IMG/VR virus record: IMGVR_UViG_2671180294_000014
DNA from: a virus
Lineage: Duplodnaviria; Heunggongvirae; Uroviricota; Caudoviricetes
Length of the DNA stretch: 33,339 bases
Strand: one strand, 5' to 3'
Positions 1-7,616 of this stretch are shown piece after piece (positions within the stretch are counted from its first letter, which is position 1; every line of letters starts with the position of its first letter). The notes beneath the pieces were generated by a model. The model saw nothing but the letters and a program-made list of their open reading frames with translations. It was not told the origin of the DNA and searched no databases. Made by a program: the position numbers and the translations under genes.

Positions 1-981
1 TTATAACGTCACTCCGCCTTTTAGTGGATTCAGAGCGACGGCATTTTGCAGATAGTCAGGCGCAAGGTGCGCATAGGCCATCGTCTGCTGAATGCTCGCA
101 TGTCCCAGAATCTGTTGCAGTGCGATTATATTGCCCCCATTCATCATGAAATGGCTTGCGAATGTATGCCGCAGGATGTGGGTTGCCTGATTGGGTGGTA
201 TATCAGGTTTCACTCTGCGTAAAATCCCGCAAAATTTCTCATAATCAACTTTGAATAATTTGGCGCTGGCCTCCTCTTTAACTTTTTTCTCCAGTTCCTC
301 AGAAATCGGCACGGTTCGCTTTTTACCGTTTTTGGTTTTCAGGAAGGTAACCCTGCAATTTGTAATCTGTGCTGGTTTTAGCGTGGCAACTTTCGTCCAT
401 CTTCCTCCAGTGCTCAGACATAAAAGCGCGACAAGTAAGTCATCACCAGCCAAAACATTTAACAGTTTTTCGATTTCTGCTTTTTCCAGGAACGTCATTT
501 CAGGGTTGGCCTCCGCCAGTGGCGGCAGTCCGTGAATTGGGTGTTGCCCGGAAAATTCATCCAATTGAATTAATTTTGTGAACATGCCGGATAATCTGTA
601 CATGTCACGGTTTATCGTTGCGGCACTGATACCATCACGTAGTCGCATGGAACGATAATCCATCAAAGCCCTTTTGCTCATCCTGCTCACTGGTATATCA
701 CCTATGCCGCTGATGGTTTTGAGTAGATGATTAAACTCTTTTGTTCCATGCTCGTGGTTTTGCCCGTGATATTTCCACCAGATGTCCAGCAACTCACTCA
801 AAGTCCGGCGGTCTGCTCGCTGGCCTCCCCATTCTTTCTGACTGGCATTGGCGATTGTGTATCGCTCAAATGCTAGTGCTTCAGCTTTTCTTTCGAATTT
901 CCTGCGGATGCGTTTTCCGTCGCGACCGCGAGGTCTAATGTCCACTTCATAGCGACCATCATCGAGCTTCTTAATTGCCAT
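1..981 (-). CDS. int: Tyrosine integrase (P2 Int family)
   Basis: The protein starts MAIKKLDDGRYEVDIRP like P2 Int, and the C-terminal HxLRHTFAS...Y catalytic region is present. ATG at 981 is preceded by GGAGGG. The ORF-track start at 1011 adds 10 aa with no homologue. The stop codon is at 1-3. Confidence 0.95.
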   Translation of the reverse strand: MAIKKLDDGRYEVDIRPRGRDGKRIRRKFERKAEALAFERYTIANASQKEWGGQRADRRTLSELLDIWWKYHGQNHEHGTKEFNHLLKTISGIGDIPVSRMSKRALMDYRSMRLRDGISAATINRDMYRLSGMFTKLIQLDEFSGQHPIHGLPPLAEANPEMTFLEKAEIEKLLNVLAGDDLLVALLCLSTGGRWTKVATLKPAQITNCRVTFLKTKNGKKRTVPISEELEKKVKEEASAKLFKVDYEKFCGILRRVKPDIPPNQATHILRHTFASHFMMNGGNIIALQQILGHASIQQTMAYAHLAPDYLQNAVALNPLKGGVTL

Positions 982-1050
982 AAGAAAGCCCTCCGGCGCT
1001 GTATTCACCATCTTGGTAGCAAATGGTGAAAATGTAATCTTTATATAGAG

Positions 1051-1344
1051 TTAGCCAATCCTTTTCGCGGAGTGGTTGGACTCTGTTGACTCTGGCCCAA
1101 TGTGCGCGAGAGCCGGTGCGATTTGTCCTGCGTCCGGCGCGGTTTTATCTGTCATAAGCCATAGAGCATATTTTTGGAATGTGGGATGCATAGTGATTTT
1201 TAGCAAAGCTGTGCCACCGGGTTCAAAGTTTCCTCCTTCATATTTTTTAAGTGTGCTTAGCGGTAACTCTATGATTTCACAGAATTTTGATTGGCTTAGC
1301 CCTTCAGCCTCACGCAAGGCCTTAATCTTTTCGCTTAATTTCAT
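1051..1344 (-). CDS. C: Immunity repressor C (HTH, P2 C-like but divergent N-terminal half)
   Basis: The 97-aa protein has an XRE-type HTH (LSQSKFCEIIELPLSTLKKYEGG) and a C-terminal ...QIAPALAHIG... matching my memory of P2 C. It is positioned between int and cox, divergent from cox. Confidence 0.9.
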   Translation of the reverse strand: MKLSEKIKALREAEGLSQSKFCEIIELPLSTLKKYEGGNFEPGGTALLKITMHPTFQKYALWLMTDKTAPDAGQIAPALAHIGPESTESNHSAKRIG

Positions 1345-1403
1345 TTGACATGGTGCCTATATAGGGACTAAATTCCCTCAAAACTGGAACCTATATAGGT
1401 TCC
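1345..1403. promoter_or_regulatory. Immunity switch region with a candidate early promoter Pe and two copies of the palindrome CCTATATAGG (candidate C operators)
   Basis: The candidate Pe is TTGACA at 1345-1350, an 18-nt spacer, then TAAATT at 1369-1374. CCTATATAGG occurs at 1356-1365 and at 1390-1399. The second copy is embedded in the perfect 18-bp palindrome GGAACCTATATAGGTTCC (1386-1403). Assigning these to C binding is inference. Confidence 0.45.
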
Positions 1404-1465
1404 ATTGATTTGAGAATAAACCAGCGTCTAAACGGTTTTGAGTGGTTTAGAAAGGGCTGGATCCT

Positions 1466-1753
1466 ATGAGGGTACCATATATGGACGCTGAAAATTATGT
1501 GATTCAGTATCCGCTTGATGCGGTTCATGTGGATAAATTTGCTGATTTATTAGGGAAGCCAAAGACAGCCGTCAGTGAAATGGTGAAGGCAAATAAATTA
1601 CCAATTATTGAATTGCGTGATCCTTGCAAACCGAAGGCTCGTGCCGGTGAAAAATGGGTTTTCATTCCTGAGTTTAATCGCGCTGTACGTGAGGCGTTTT
1701 ATAACCGACCGGTTGAACAGCGTGATGCATGGCTTTTGTGGATGGGGTTGTGA
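1466..1753 (+). CDS. cox: Cox (excisionase / early transcriptional regulator)
   Basis: It is similar to P2 Cox (…KLPIIEL…AGEKWVFIPEFN…RDAWLLWMGL) and is the first gene of the rightward early operon. An alternative start at ATG 1481 has a better SD (GAGGG). Confidence 0.85.
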   Translation: MRVPYMDAENYVIQYPLDAVHVDKFADLLGKPKTAVSEMVKANKLPIIELRDPCKPKARAGEKWVFIPEFNRAVREAFYNRPVEQRDAWLLWMGL

Positions 1754-1755
1754 TT

Positions 1756-1926
1756 ATGAATGAGCCGCGTTGTATTGCTCAGTTATTGCGTAACGAAAGC
1801 CCTAGGGCGATTGACTTCACCATCACCCACGGGAAGGGTCGCAAGGGAATCATTATCCGCACCAAAAAACAGAGTCCGTTAAAAAAGGCTCTGACCTTTC
1901 TGAAAAGCCGGAGGGTCTGGAAATGA
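1756..1926 (+). CDS. Small early protein (P2 orf78 position)
   Basis: ATG at 1756 lies 2 nt after the cox stop. The gene ends in an ATGA overlap with the start of B (1923-1926). Assignment is by position in the P2 early operon; function is unknown. Confidence 0.6.
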   Translation: MNEPRCIAQLLRNESPRAIDFTITHGKGRKGIIIRTKKQSPLKKALTFLKSRRVWK

Positions 1927-2423
1927 CAGTGATGACGCTCAATCTCGTCGAAAAACAGCCAGCAGCTATGCGCCGGATAATTGGTAAGCATCTTGCCGTC
2001 CCTCGTTGGCAGGATACATGTGATTATTATAATCAGATGATGGAGCGCGAACGGCTAACAGTTTGCTTTCATGCGCAGTTAAAACAACGTCACGCAACGA
2101 TGCGTTTTGAAGAAATGAACGACGTCGAACGTGAACGGCTGGTTTGTGCAATTGATGAATTGCGTGGGGCATTCTCAAAACGCCGTCAGGTTGGCGCAAG
2201 TGAGTATGCATATATTAGTTTTTTAACAGTCAGTCAGCGTCGTACTTTATTTATGCATGCCGGATTGACTGAAAAAGAATTCAATCAGCCATACTGGCGA
2301 ATTAATGAAGAGTCATGTTACTGGCGTGATGCTTTATTCCGTGCATTACGTGAACTATTCAGTCTGTTTGAGTATGCACCGACAATTCTGACGTCGGTAA
2401 AACCAGAGCAATATTTGCATTAA
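1923..2423 (+). CDS. B: Replication protein B (DnaB helicase loader-like)
   Basis: 166 aa, the same length as P2 gpB and near-identical by recall (MTVMTLNLVEKQPAAMRRIIGKH...). Confidence 0.93.
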   Translation: MTVMTLNLVEKQPAAMRRIIGKHLAVPRWQDTCDYYNQMMERERLTVCFHAQLKQRHATMRFEEMNDVERERLVCAIDELRGAFSKRRQVGASEYAYISFLTVSQRRTLFMHAGLTEKEFNQPYWRINEESCYWRDALFRALRELFSLFEYAPTILTSVKPEQYLH

Positions 2424-2486
2424 ATAATTAACCAGAGTTTTTAACGCACTTAATTGTGCGGGGCTTCTTTTTGCCTGGAGAAAGTC

Positions 2487-2711
2487 ATGCATACAGTTTC
2501 TGAAAATCAGTGCGGTAAATACGCATTACTGCTGCAACAGGCCAGAACCGAAGCACAGGCCGACGCTGCGACGCGCTTTTCTTCTCATCTTGACGCCATG
2601 ATTCGCCATATCACAAAGGCGGAGTTATCCCGCGTGGAGATAGTCGAGCTGCTCAGTCAGGAGTCGGAAAAATTTCACAATATCGGATTGTCTCGCGGGG
2701 AGGTGCTTTGA
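2487..2711 (+). CDS. Hypothetical early protein (P2 orf80 position)
   Basis: ATG at 2487 is preceded by GGAGA. The ORF-track start at 2454 is an upstream non-ATG extension. Synteny with P2. Confidence 0.7.
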   Translation: MHTVSENQCGKYALLLQQARTEAQADAATRFSSHLDAMIRHITKAELSRVEIVELLSQESEKFHNIGLSRGEVL

Positions 2712-3010
2712 TGTCCTGTTCTCATTCAGTTGTATTACTGAATAACGCCTTAAAAATCGCCGTTATGAAAAATGGCGACTTGTCTCTTATTCAACTTTGT
2801 CTTGATAAAGAAAAACGCGACATCACTGAATCTGTTATCGCGATTTATCAGAATGAATTAAACCTCCTGTCTGATGTGGTCAATTTACTTGTTAAACGCG
2901 CTGTATTCCACAAGCAAATTTCCTCAGTGGATGAACTGACAAAATTAACGACAGAACTTGCCAGTTATTGCGCTGATGTATCCAGGAAACTTAACGATAA
3001 AAGGAGCTGA
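2711..3010 (+). CDS. Hypothetical early protein (P2 orf81 position)
   Basis: ATG at 2711 overlaps the upstream TGA (TGATG), with GGAGG upstream. Synteny with P2. Confidence 0.7.
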   Translation: MSCSHSVVLLNNALKIAVMKNGDLSLIQLCLDKEKRDITESVIAIYQNELNLLSDVVNLLVKRAVFHKQISSVDELTKLTTELASYCADVSRKLNDKRS

Positions 3011-3012
3011 TA

Positions 3013-3237
3013 ATGCCGGACAACATAGATTTTATTCAGGAACAACAGGCTGAATTACTGGAGCGCCAGATTAACGCGGCAAGGGTAAAACATTGCGGTG
3101 CTTCTGCGCTGGTTTGCGAAGAGTGTGACGCGCCAATTCCTGCTGCCCGTCGTGCGGCTTATCCGTCAGCCACGCGTTGTGTTTCCTGTCAGTCAGTCTT
3201 TGAAGCAAAAAACAAACATTACCGGAGAACGGCATGA
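3013..3237 (+). CDS. TraR/DksA-type C4 zinc-finger protein (P2 orf82 position)
   Basis: Two Cys pairs, CEECDAPIP...RCVSC, match the DksA/TraR C4 pattern. The protein is 74 aa. Confidence 0.8.
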   Translation: MPDNIDFIQEQQAELLERQINAARVKHCGASALVCEECDAPIPAARRAAYPSATRCVSCQSVFEAKNKHYRRTA

Positions 3238-3509
3238 GTATTCGTATTGAAATTGGCGAACGTTATGTCGTTACCAGTGACAGCTTCCAGTTTATTCTCC
3301 ACGAGAAAAAGAGAGCGGAAAGCGGTAAAAACGCCGGTCAGGAATGGCTGGCGGTGGTTGGTTATTACCCGAAATTAAGCCAGCTCGTTTCCGGCCTGAT
3401 GCATCACGATATTCTGACCGGAAGCGCAAAGTCTTTTGCTGATTTAAACGCGCAGGTTGAGCAACTCAGCAAGCGTTGTTCAGAGGCTTTTGGCTCATAT
3501 GGCCGTTAA
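3234..3509 (+). CDS. Hypothetical early protein (P2 orf83 position)
   Basis: ATGA overlap with the preceding gene. The 3' end overlaps the start of A. Synteny with P2. Confidence 0.7.
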   Translation: MSIRIEIGERYVVTSDSFQFILHEKKRAESGKNAGQEWLAVVGYYPKLSQLVSGLMHHDILTGSAKSFADLNAQVEQLSKRCSEAFGSYGR

Positions 3510-5796
3510 AGCCTCCGGGCGTTTTGTCCCTCCGTCAGCATTTGCTGCAGGCACCGGTAAGGCGTTTACCGGTGCTTATGCATGGAACGCGCCACGCGAG
3601 GCTGTCGGGCGCGAAAGACCCCTTACACGTGACGAGATGCGTCAGGTGCAAGGTGTTTTATCCACGATTAACCGCCTGCCTTACTTTTTGCGCTCGCTGT
3701 TTACGTCACGCTATGACTACATCCGGCGCAATAAAAGCCCGGTGCACGGGTTTTATTTCCTCACATCCACTTTTCAGCGTCGTTTATGGCCGCGCATTGA
3801 GCGTGTGAATCAGCGCCATGAAATGAACACCGACGCGTCGATGCTGTTTCTGGCTGAGCGTGACCACTATGCGCGCCTGCCGGGAATGAATGACAAGGAG
3901 CTGAAAAAGTTTGCCGCCCGTATCTCATCGCAGCTTTTCATGATGTATGAGGAACTCAGCGATGCCTGGGTGGATGCGCATGGCGAAAAAGAATCGCTGT
4001 TTACGGATGAGGCGCAGGCTCACCTCTATGGTCATGTTGCTGGCGCTGCACGTGCTTTCAATATTTCCCCTCTCTACTGGAAAAAATACCGTAAAGGACA
4101 GATGACCACGAGGCAGGCATATTCTGCCATTGCCCGTCTGTTTAACGATGAGTGGTGGATTAGTCAGCTTAAAGGCCAGCGTATGCGCTGGCATGAGGCG
4201 TTACTGATTGCTGTCGGGGAGGTCAATAAAGACCGTTCTCCTTATGCCAGTAAACATGCCATTCGTGATGTGCGTGCACGCCGCCAGGCAAATCTGGAAT
4301 TTCTTAAATCGTGTGATCTCGAAAACAGGGAAACAGGCGAGCGCATCGACCTTATCAGTAAGGTGATGGGCAGTATTTCTAATCCTGAAATTCGCCGGAT
4401 GGAGCTGATGAACACCATTGCCGGTATTGAGCGTTACGCCGCCGCAGAAGGTGATGTGGGGATGTTTATCACGCTGACCGCGCCGTCAAAGTATCACCCG
4501 ACACGTCAGGTTGGAAAAGGCGAAAGTAAAACCGTCCAGCTAAATCACGGCTGGAACGATGAGGCATTTAATCCAAAGGATGCGCAGCGTTATCTCTGCC
4601 GTATCTGGAGCCTGATGCGCACGGCATTCAAGGATAATGATTTACAGGTCTACGGTTTGCGAGTCGTCGAGCCACACCACGACGGAACGCCGCACTGGCA
4701 TATGATGCTTTTTTGTAATCCACGCCAGCGTAACCAGATTATCGAAATCATGCGTCGCTACGCGCTCAAAGAGGATGGCGACGAAAGAGGAGCTGCGCGA
4801 AACCGTTTTCAGGCAAAACATCTTAATCGGGGCGGTGCTGCGGGGTATATCGCGAAATACATCTCAAAAAATATCGACGGCTATGCACTGGATGGGCAGC
4901 TCGATAACGATAGCGGCAGACCGCTGAAAGATACTGCCGCGGCTGTTACCGCATGGGCGTCAACGTGGCGCATTCCGCAATTTAAAACGGTTGGCCTGCC
5001 GACAATGGGGGCTTACCGTGAACTACGCAAATTGCCTCGCGGCGTCAGCATTGCTGATGAGTTTGACGAGCGCGTCGAGGCTGCACGCGCCGCCGCAGAC
5101 AGTGGTGATTTTGCGCTGTATATCAGCGCGCAGGGTGGGGCAAATGTCCCGCGCGATTGTCAGACTGTCAGGGTCGCCCGTAGTCCGTCGGATGAAGTTA
5201 ACGAGTACGAGGAAGAAGTCGAGAGAGTGGTCGGCATTTACGCGCCGCATCTCGGCGCGCGTCATATTCATATCACCAGAACGACGGACTGGCGCATTGT
5301 TCCGAAAGTGCCGGTCGTTGAGCCTTTGACTTTAAAAAGCGGCATCGCCGCGCCTCGGAGTCCTGTCAATAACTGTGGAAAGCTCACTGGTGGTGATACT
5401 TCGTTACCGGCTCCCACACCTTCTGAGCACGCCGCAGCAGTGCTTAATCTGGTAGATGACGGTGTTATCGAATGGAATGACCCGGAGGTTGTGAGGGCGC
5501 TCAGAGGTGCATTAAAACACGGACTGAGAAGACCAAACCGTCAGCAAAGAAACGGAAGCCCGTTAAAACCGCATGAAATAGCGCCATCGGCCAGACTGAC
5601 CCGGTCGGAACGAATGCAAATTACCCGTATCCGCGTTGACCTTGCTCAGAACGGTATCAGGCCGCAGCGATGGGAGCTTGAGGTGCTGGCGCGTGGGGCA
5701 ACCGTAAATTATGACGGGAAAAAATTCACTTACCCGCTCGCTGATGAGTGGTCGGGATTCTCAACAGTATTAGAGTCAAACTCAGTGAAGCGTTAA
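3499..5796 (+). CDS. A: Replication initiation endonuclease A (rolling-circle Rep)
   Basis: From ATG 3499 the protein reads MAVKASGRFVPPSAFAAGTGK..., as in P2 gpA. It contains the HUH-like EPHHDGTPHWHMM motif and the YIAKYISK tyrosine motif. The ORF-track start at 3457 is an upstream extension overlapping orf83. The P2 ori is known to lie inside the 3' part of A; I did not locate it here. Confidence 0.95.
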   Translation: MAVKASGRFVPPSAFAAGTGKAFTGAYAWNAPREAVGRERPLTRDEMRQVQGVLSTINRLPYFLRSLFTSRYDYIRRNKSPVHGFYFLTSTFQRRLWPRIERVNQRHEMNTDASMLFLAERDHYARLPGMNDKELKKFAARISSQLFMMYEELSDAWVDAHGEKESLFTDEAQAHLYGHVAGAARAFNISPLYWKKYRKGQMTTRQAYSAIARLFNDEWWISQLKGQRMRWHEALLIAVGEVNKDRSPYASKHAIRDVRARRQANLEFLKSCDLENRETGERIDLISKVMGSISNPEIRRMELMNTIAGIERYAAAEGDVGMFITLTAPSKYHPTRQVGKGESKTVQLNHGWNDEAFNPKDAQRYLCRIWSLMRTAFKDNDLQVYGLRVVEPHHDGTPHWHMMLFCNPRQRNQIIEIMRRYALKEDGDERGAARNRFQAKHLNRGGAAGYIAKYISKNIDGYALDGQLDNDSGRPLKDTAAAVTAWASTWRIPQFKTVGLPTMGAYRELRKLPRGVSIADEFDERVEAARAAADSGDFALYISAQGGANVPRDCQTVRVARSPSDEVNEYEEEVERVVGIYAPHLGARHIHITRTTDWRIVPKVPVVEPLTLKSGIAAPRSPVNNCGKLTGGDTSLPAPTPSEHAAAVLNLVDDGVIEWNDPEVVRALRGALKHGLRRPNRQQRNGSPLKPHEIAPSARLTRSERMQITRIRVDLAQNGIRPQRWELEVLARGATVNYDGKKFTYPLADEWSGFSTVLESNSVKR

Positions 5797-5882
5797 CTCA
5801 ATAAATATGAGTTTATAAGTTAGGCCTCGAGATTTTGTAGAAAGGGATGTATACTGAGTATCGTATAGATTTGGAGTGAGTG

Positions 5883-6905
5883 ATGACTGTAAAGGTGATA
5901 GACCTTTTTTGTGGTGCTGGCGGATTAACTCATGGTTTGCAGCTTGCGGGGCTTGATGTCGTTGCAGGCATTGACCTTGAGGGGGAATGTAGGTTTCCCT
6001 ATGAAAGAAACAATAAATCTAAGTTTATTGAGCAAGATATCGCTAAAGTAACAAAAGAGGAACTGCTGAGGCTTTATGGTGATGCGTCTGTAAAAGTATT
6101 GGCAGGATGCGCACCTTGCCAACCTTTTTCAAAATATACTCAAGGAAAAGATAAGGCTGATGATAAAAAATGGCCTCTTCTTTATGAGTTCGAACGTTTA
6201 ATTCGCGAAGTATCTCCAGAAATCGTAACAATGGAGAACGTTCCTGATGTAACTAAACATAAAGTTTATAATGATTTTTATAATTCATTGTTAAAGTTGG
6301 GCTATTATGTTTGGGCGTCTAAGATTGATTGTGTCGAATATGGAATCCCACAAAACCGTTCCCGTCATGTATTGTTGGCCTCAAAATTGGGGGCGATTGA
6401 GTTAGTAAAACGTGACGATGTTATTTTGAAAACAGTTAGAGATGCAATAGGAAATCTTCCTCCATTAGAAGATGGCCAAACAGATCCAAATGATATATTA
6501 CATAGAGCCAGTAAATTAAATCCGATTAATAAAAAAAGAATTATACACTCTGTTCCTGGTGGTACATGGAAGGACTGGCCGAAAGAGTTGGTTGCCGCTT
6601 GTCATATGAAATCCAGCGGTAAAGGGTATGCTAGTGTATATGGGCGCATGTCTTGGGATAAGCCAAGTCCAACAATTACAACTCTTTGTTATGGTTTCGG
6701 GAATGGGCGTTTTGGACATCCAGAACAGCATAGAGCGATTTCTCTTAGAGAGGCTGCTTTATTGCAAACTTTCCCGATGGATTATATTTTTGTAGAAGAC
6801 AAAAACAAGTTTGTTATAAGAAGTATTGGGAAAATGATAGGTAATGCTGTTCCTGTGGAACTAGGAAAAGCAATTGGGCAATCAATCAAGAACCATTTAG
6901 AATGA
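5883..6905 (+). CDS. DNA (cytosine-5) methyltransferase
   Basis: Canonical C5-MTase motifs are present: I DLFCGAGG, IV GCAPCQPFS, VI TMENVPDV, VIII QNRSRHVLLAS, IX-like RMSWDKPSPTITT, and X GNAVPVELG. GGAG lies 6 nt upstream of ATG 5883. The gene is AT-rich and has no P2 counterpart. Confidence 0.93.
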   Translation: MTVKVIDLFCGAGGLTHGLQLAGLDVVAGIDLEGECRFPYERNNKSKFIEQDIAKVTKEELLRLYGDASVKVLAGCAPCQPFSKYTQGKDKADDKKWPLLYEFERLIREVSPEIVTMENVPDVTKHKVYNDFYNSLLKLGYYVWASKIDCVEYGIPQNRSRHVLLASKLGAIELVKRDDVILKTVRDAIGNLPPLEDGQTDPNDILHRASKLNPINKKRIIHSVPGGTWKDWPKELVAACHMKSSGKGYASVYGRMSWDKPSPTITTLCYGFGNGRFGHPEQHRAISLREAALLQTFPMDYIFVEDKNKFVIRSIGKMIGNAVPVELGKAIGQSIKNHLE

Positions 6906-6911
6906 TAAAAT

Positions 6912-6928
6912 GGCCTGCTTTACAGGCC
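6912..6928. terminator. Stem-loop shared by the converging methyltransferase and HEPN genes (candidate bidirectional terminator)
   Basis: GGCCTG-CTTTA-CAGGCC sits between the two stop codons (6903-6905 and 6935-6937). It has A/T-rich flanks on both sides. Confidence 0.55.
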
Positions 6929-6934
6929 TTATAA

Positions 6935-7615
6935 CTATTGTTCTAAATATTCATTATTATTTATATAGTGCTCTATATTATTCACGATAGCATCAAGATA
7001 GGCGATTACTTCTAATGAAATATTCTCTAAGTCCTGATATGAAACATTTTTTCCAATCTCAGCAAATGATACATTGCCATGAGATAAATCATTACGATGT
7101 TGTTTAACAGTGGCTAATTTTTCACCATGTTTAGTGTGAGTGTAATCGGAATGTGTAGAAAAACCATATATTTTCGATTTTTCTTTGATTTCCTCTCTAT
7201 CAATATTTCCTGAGAATATTTTCTTTTTGTTGAACGTGCCATAAGATATACCGCAAGATATACCTTTGGTAAGGTGATTAACTAAACTTTCAACATTTAC
7301 AGATTCATTTTTTAATCTTTTTAATATTTCTGACCTGAGATTTTTCCTGAGTTTGTCAAATTCTACGTTTCTATCATAAATAGTCTCATGAATAAGGCAG
7401 ATAGCTTCTCTCATTGTTGATTCAATGAGGTTATATAACAGTATATATACTGCTCCCTTTAGAGTTTTTCGTGATTGAGCAGTAATGGAGAACTTATGTT
7501 CTTTATCATCAGCTGATATCAGTTCTGCACCGGCATACTCAATAAATTTCAAAAGATCCAAATAGGCCAAGATCTCTCCTGACCTTTCGTCAAAATCCTC
7601 ACGAAAACGATCCAT
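6935..7615 (-). CDS. Stand-alone HEPN-domain protein (predicted RNase-type effector)
   Basis: The 226-aa protein looks helical. An R-x4-H motif, RNDLSH (residues 174-179, nt 7079-7096), lies near the C-terminus. It resembles the family usually annotated as MAE_28990/MAE_18760 HEPN-like nuclease (from memory). Its ATG lies 1 nt after the upstream gene's stop. Confidence 0.75.
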   Translation of the reverse strand: MDRFREDFDERSGEILAYLDLLKFIEYAGAELISADDKEHKFSITAQSRKTLKGAVYILLYNLIESTMREAICLIHETIYDRNVEFDKLRKNLRSEILKRLKNESVNVESLVNHLTKGISCGISYGTFNKKKIFSGNIDREEIKEKSKIYGFSTHSDYTHTKHGEKLATVKQHRNDLSHGNVSFAEIGKNVSYQDLENISLEVIAYLDAIVNNIEHYINNNEYLEQ

Positions 7616-7616
7616 G

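Noticed and set aside
3457-3498. Upstream extension of gene A (ORF-track start at 3457). Similar 5' extensions occur for int (1011), P (11967), O (12045), L (14883), X (15383), lysC (17028), ogr (31921), fieF (32419), the DUF262 gene (8777) and the MTase (5880).
   Set aside because: Internal ATGs reproduce the known P2 or E. coli N-termini and lengths, and have better Shine-Dalgarno sequences. The extensions have no homologous counterpart.
5797-5882. Search for a sigma-70 promoter for the methyltransferase (TATACT, TATAGA and TTGTAG hexamers).
   Set aside because: No -35/-10 pair with acceptable spacing was found. The gene may instead be read through from the early operon (A).
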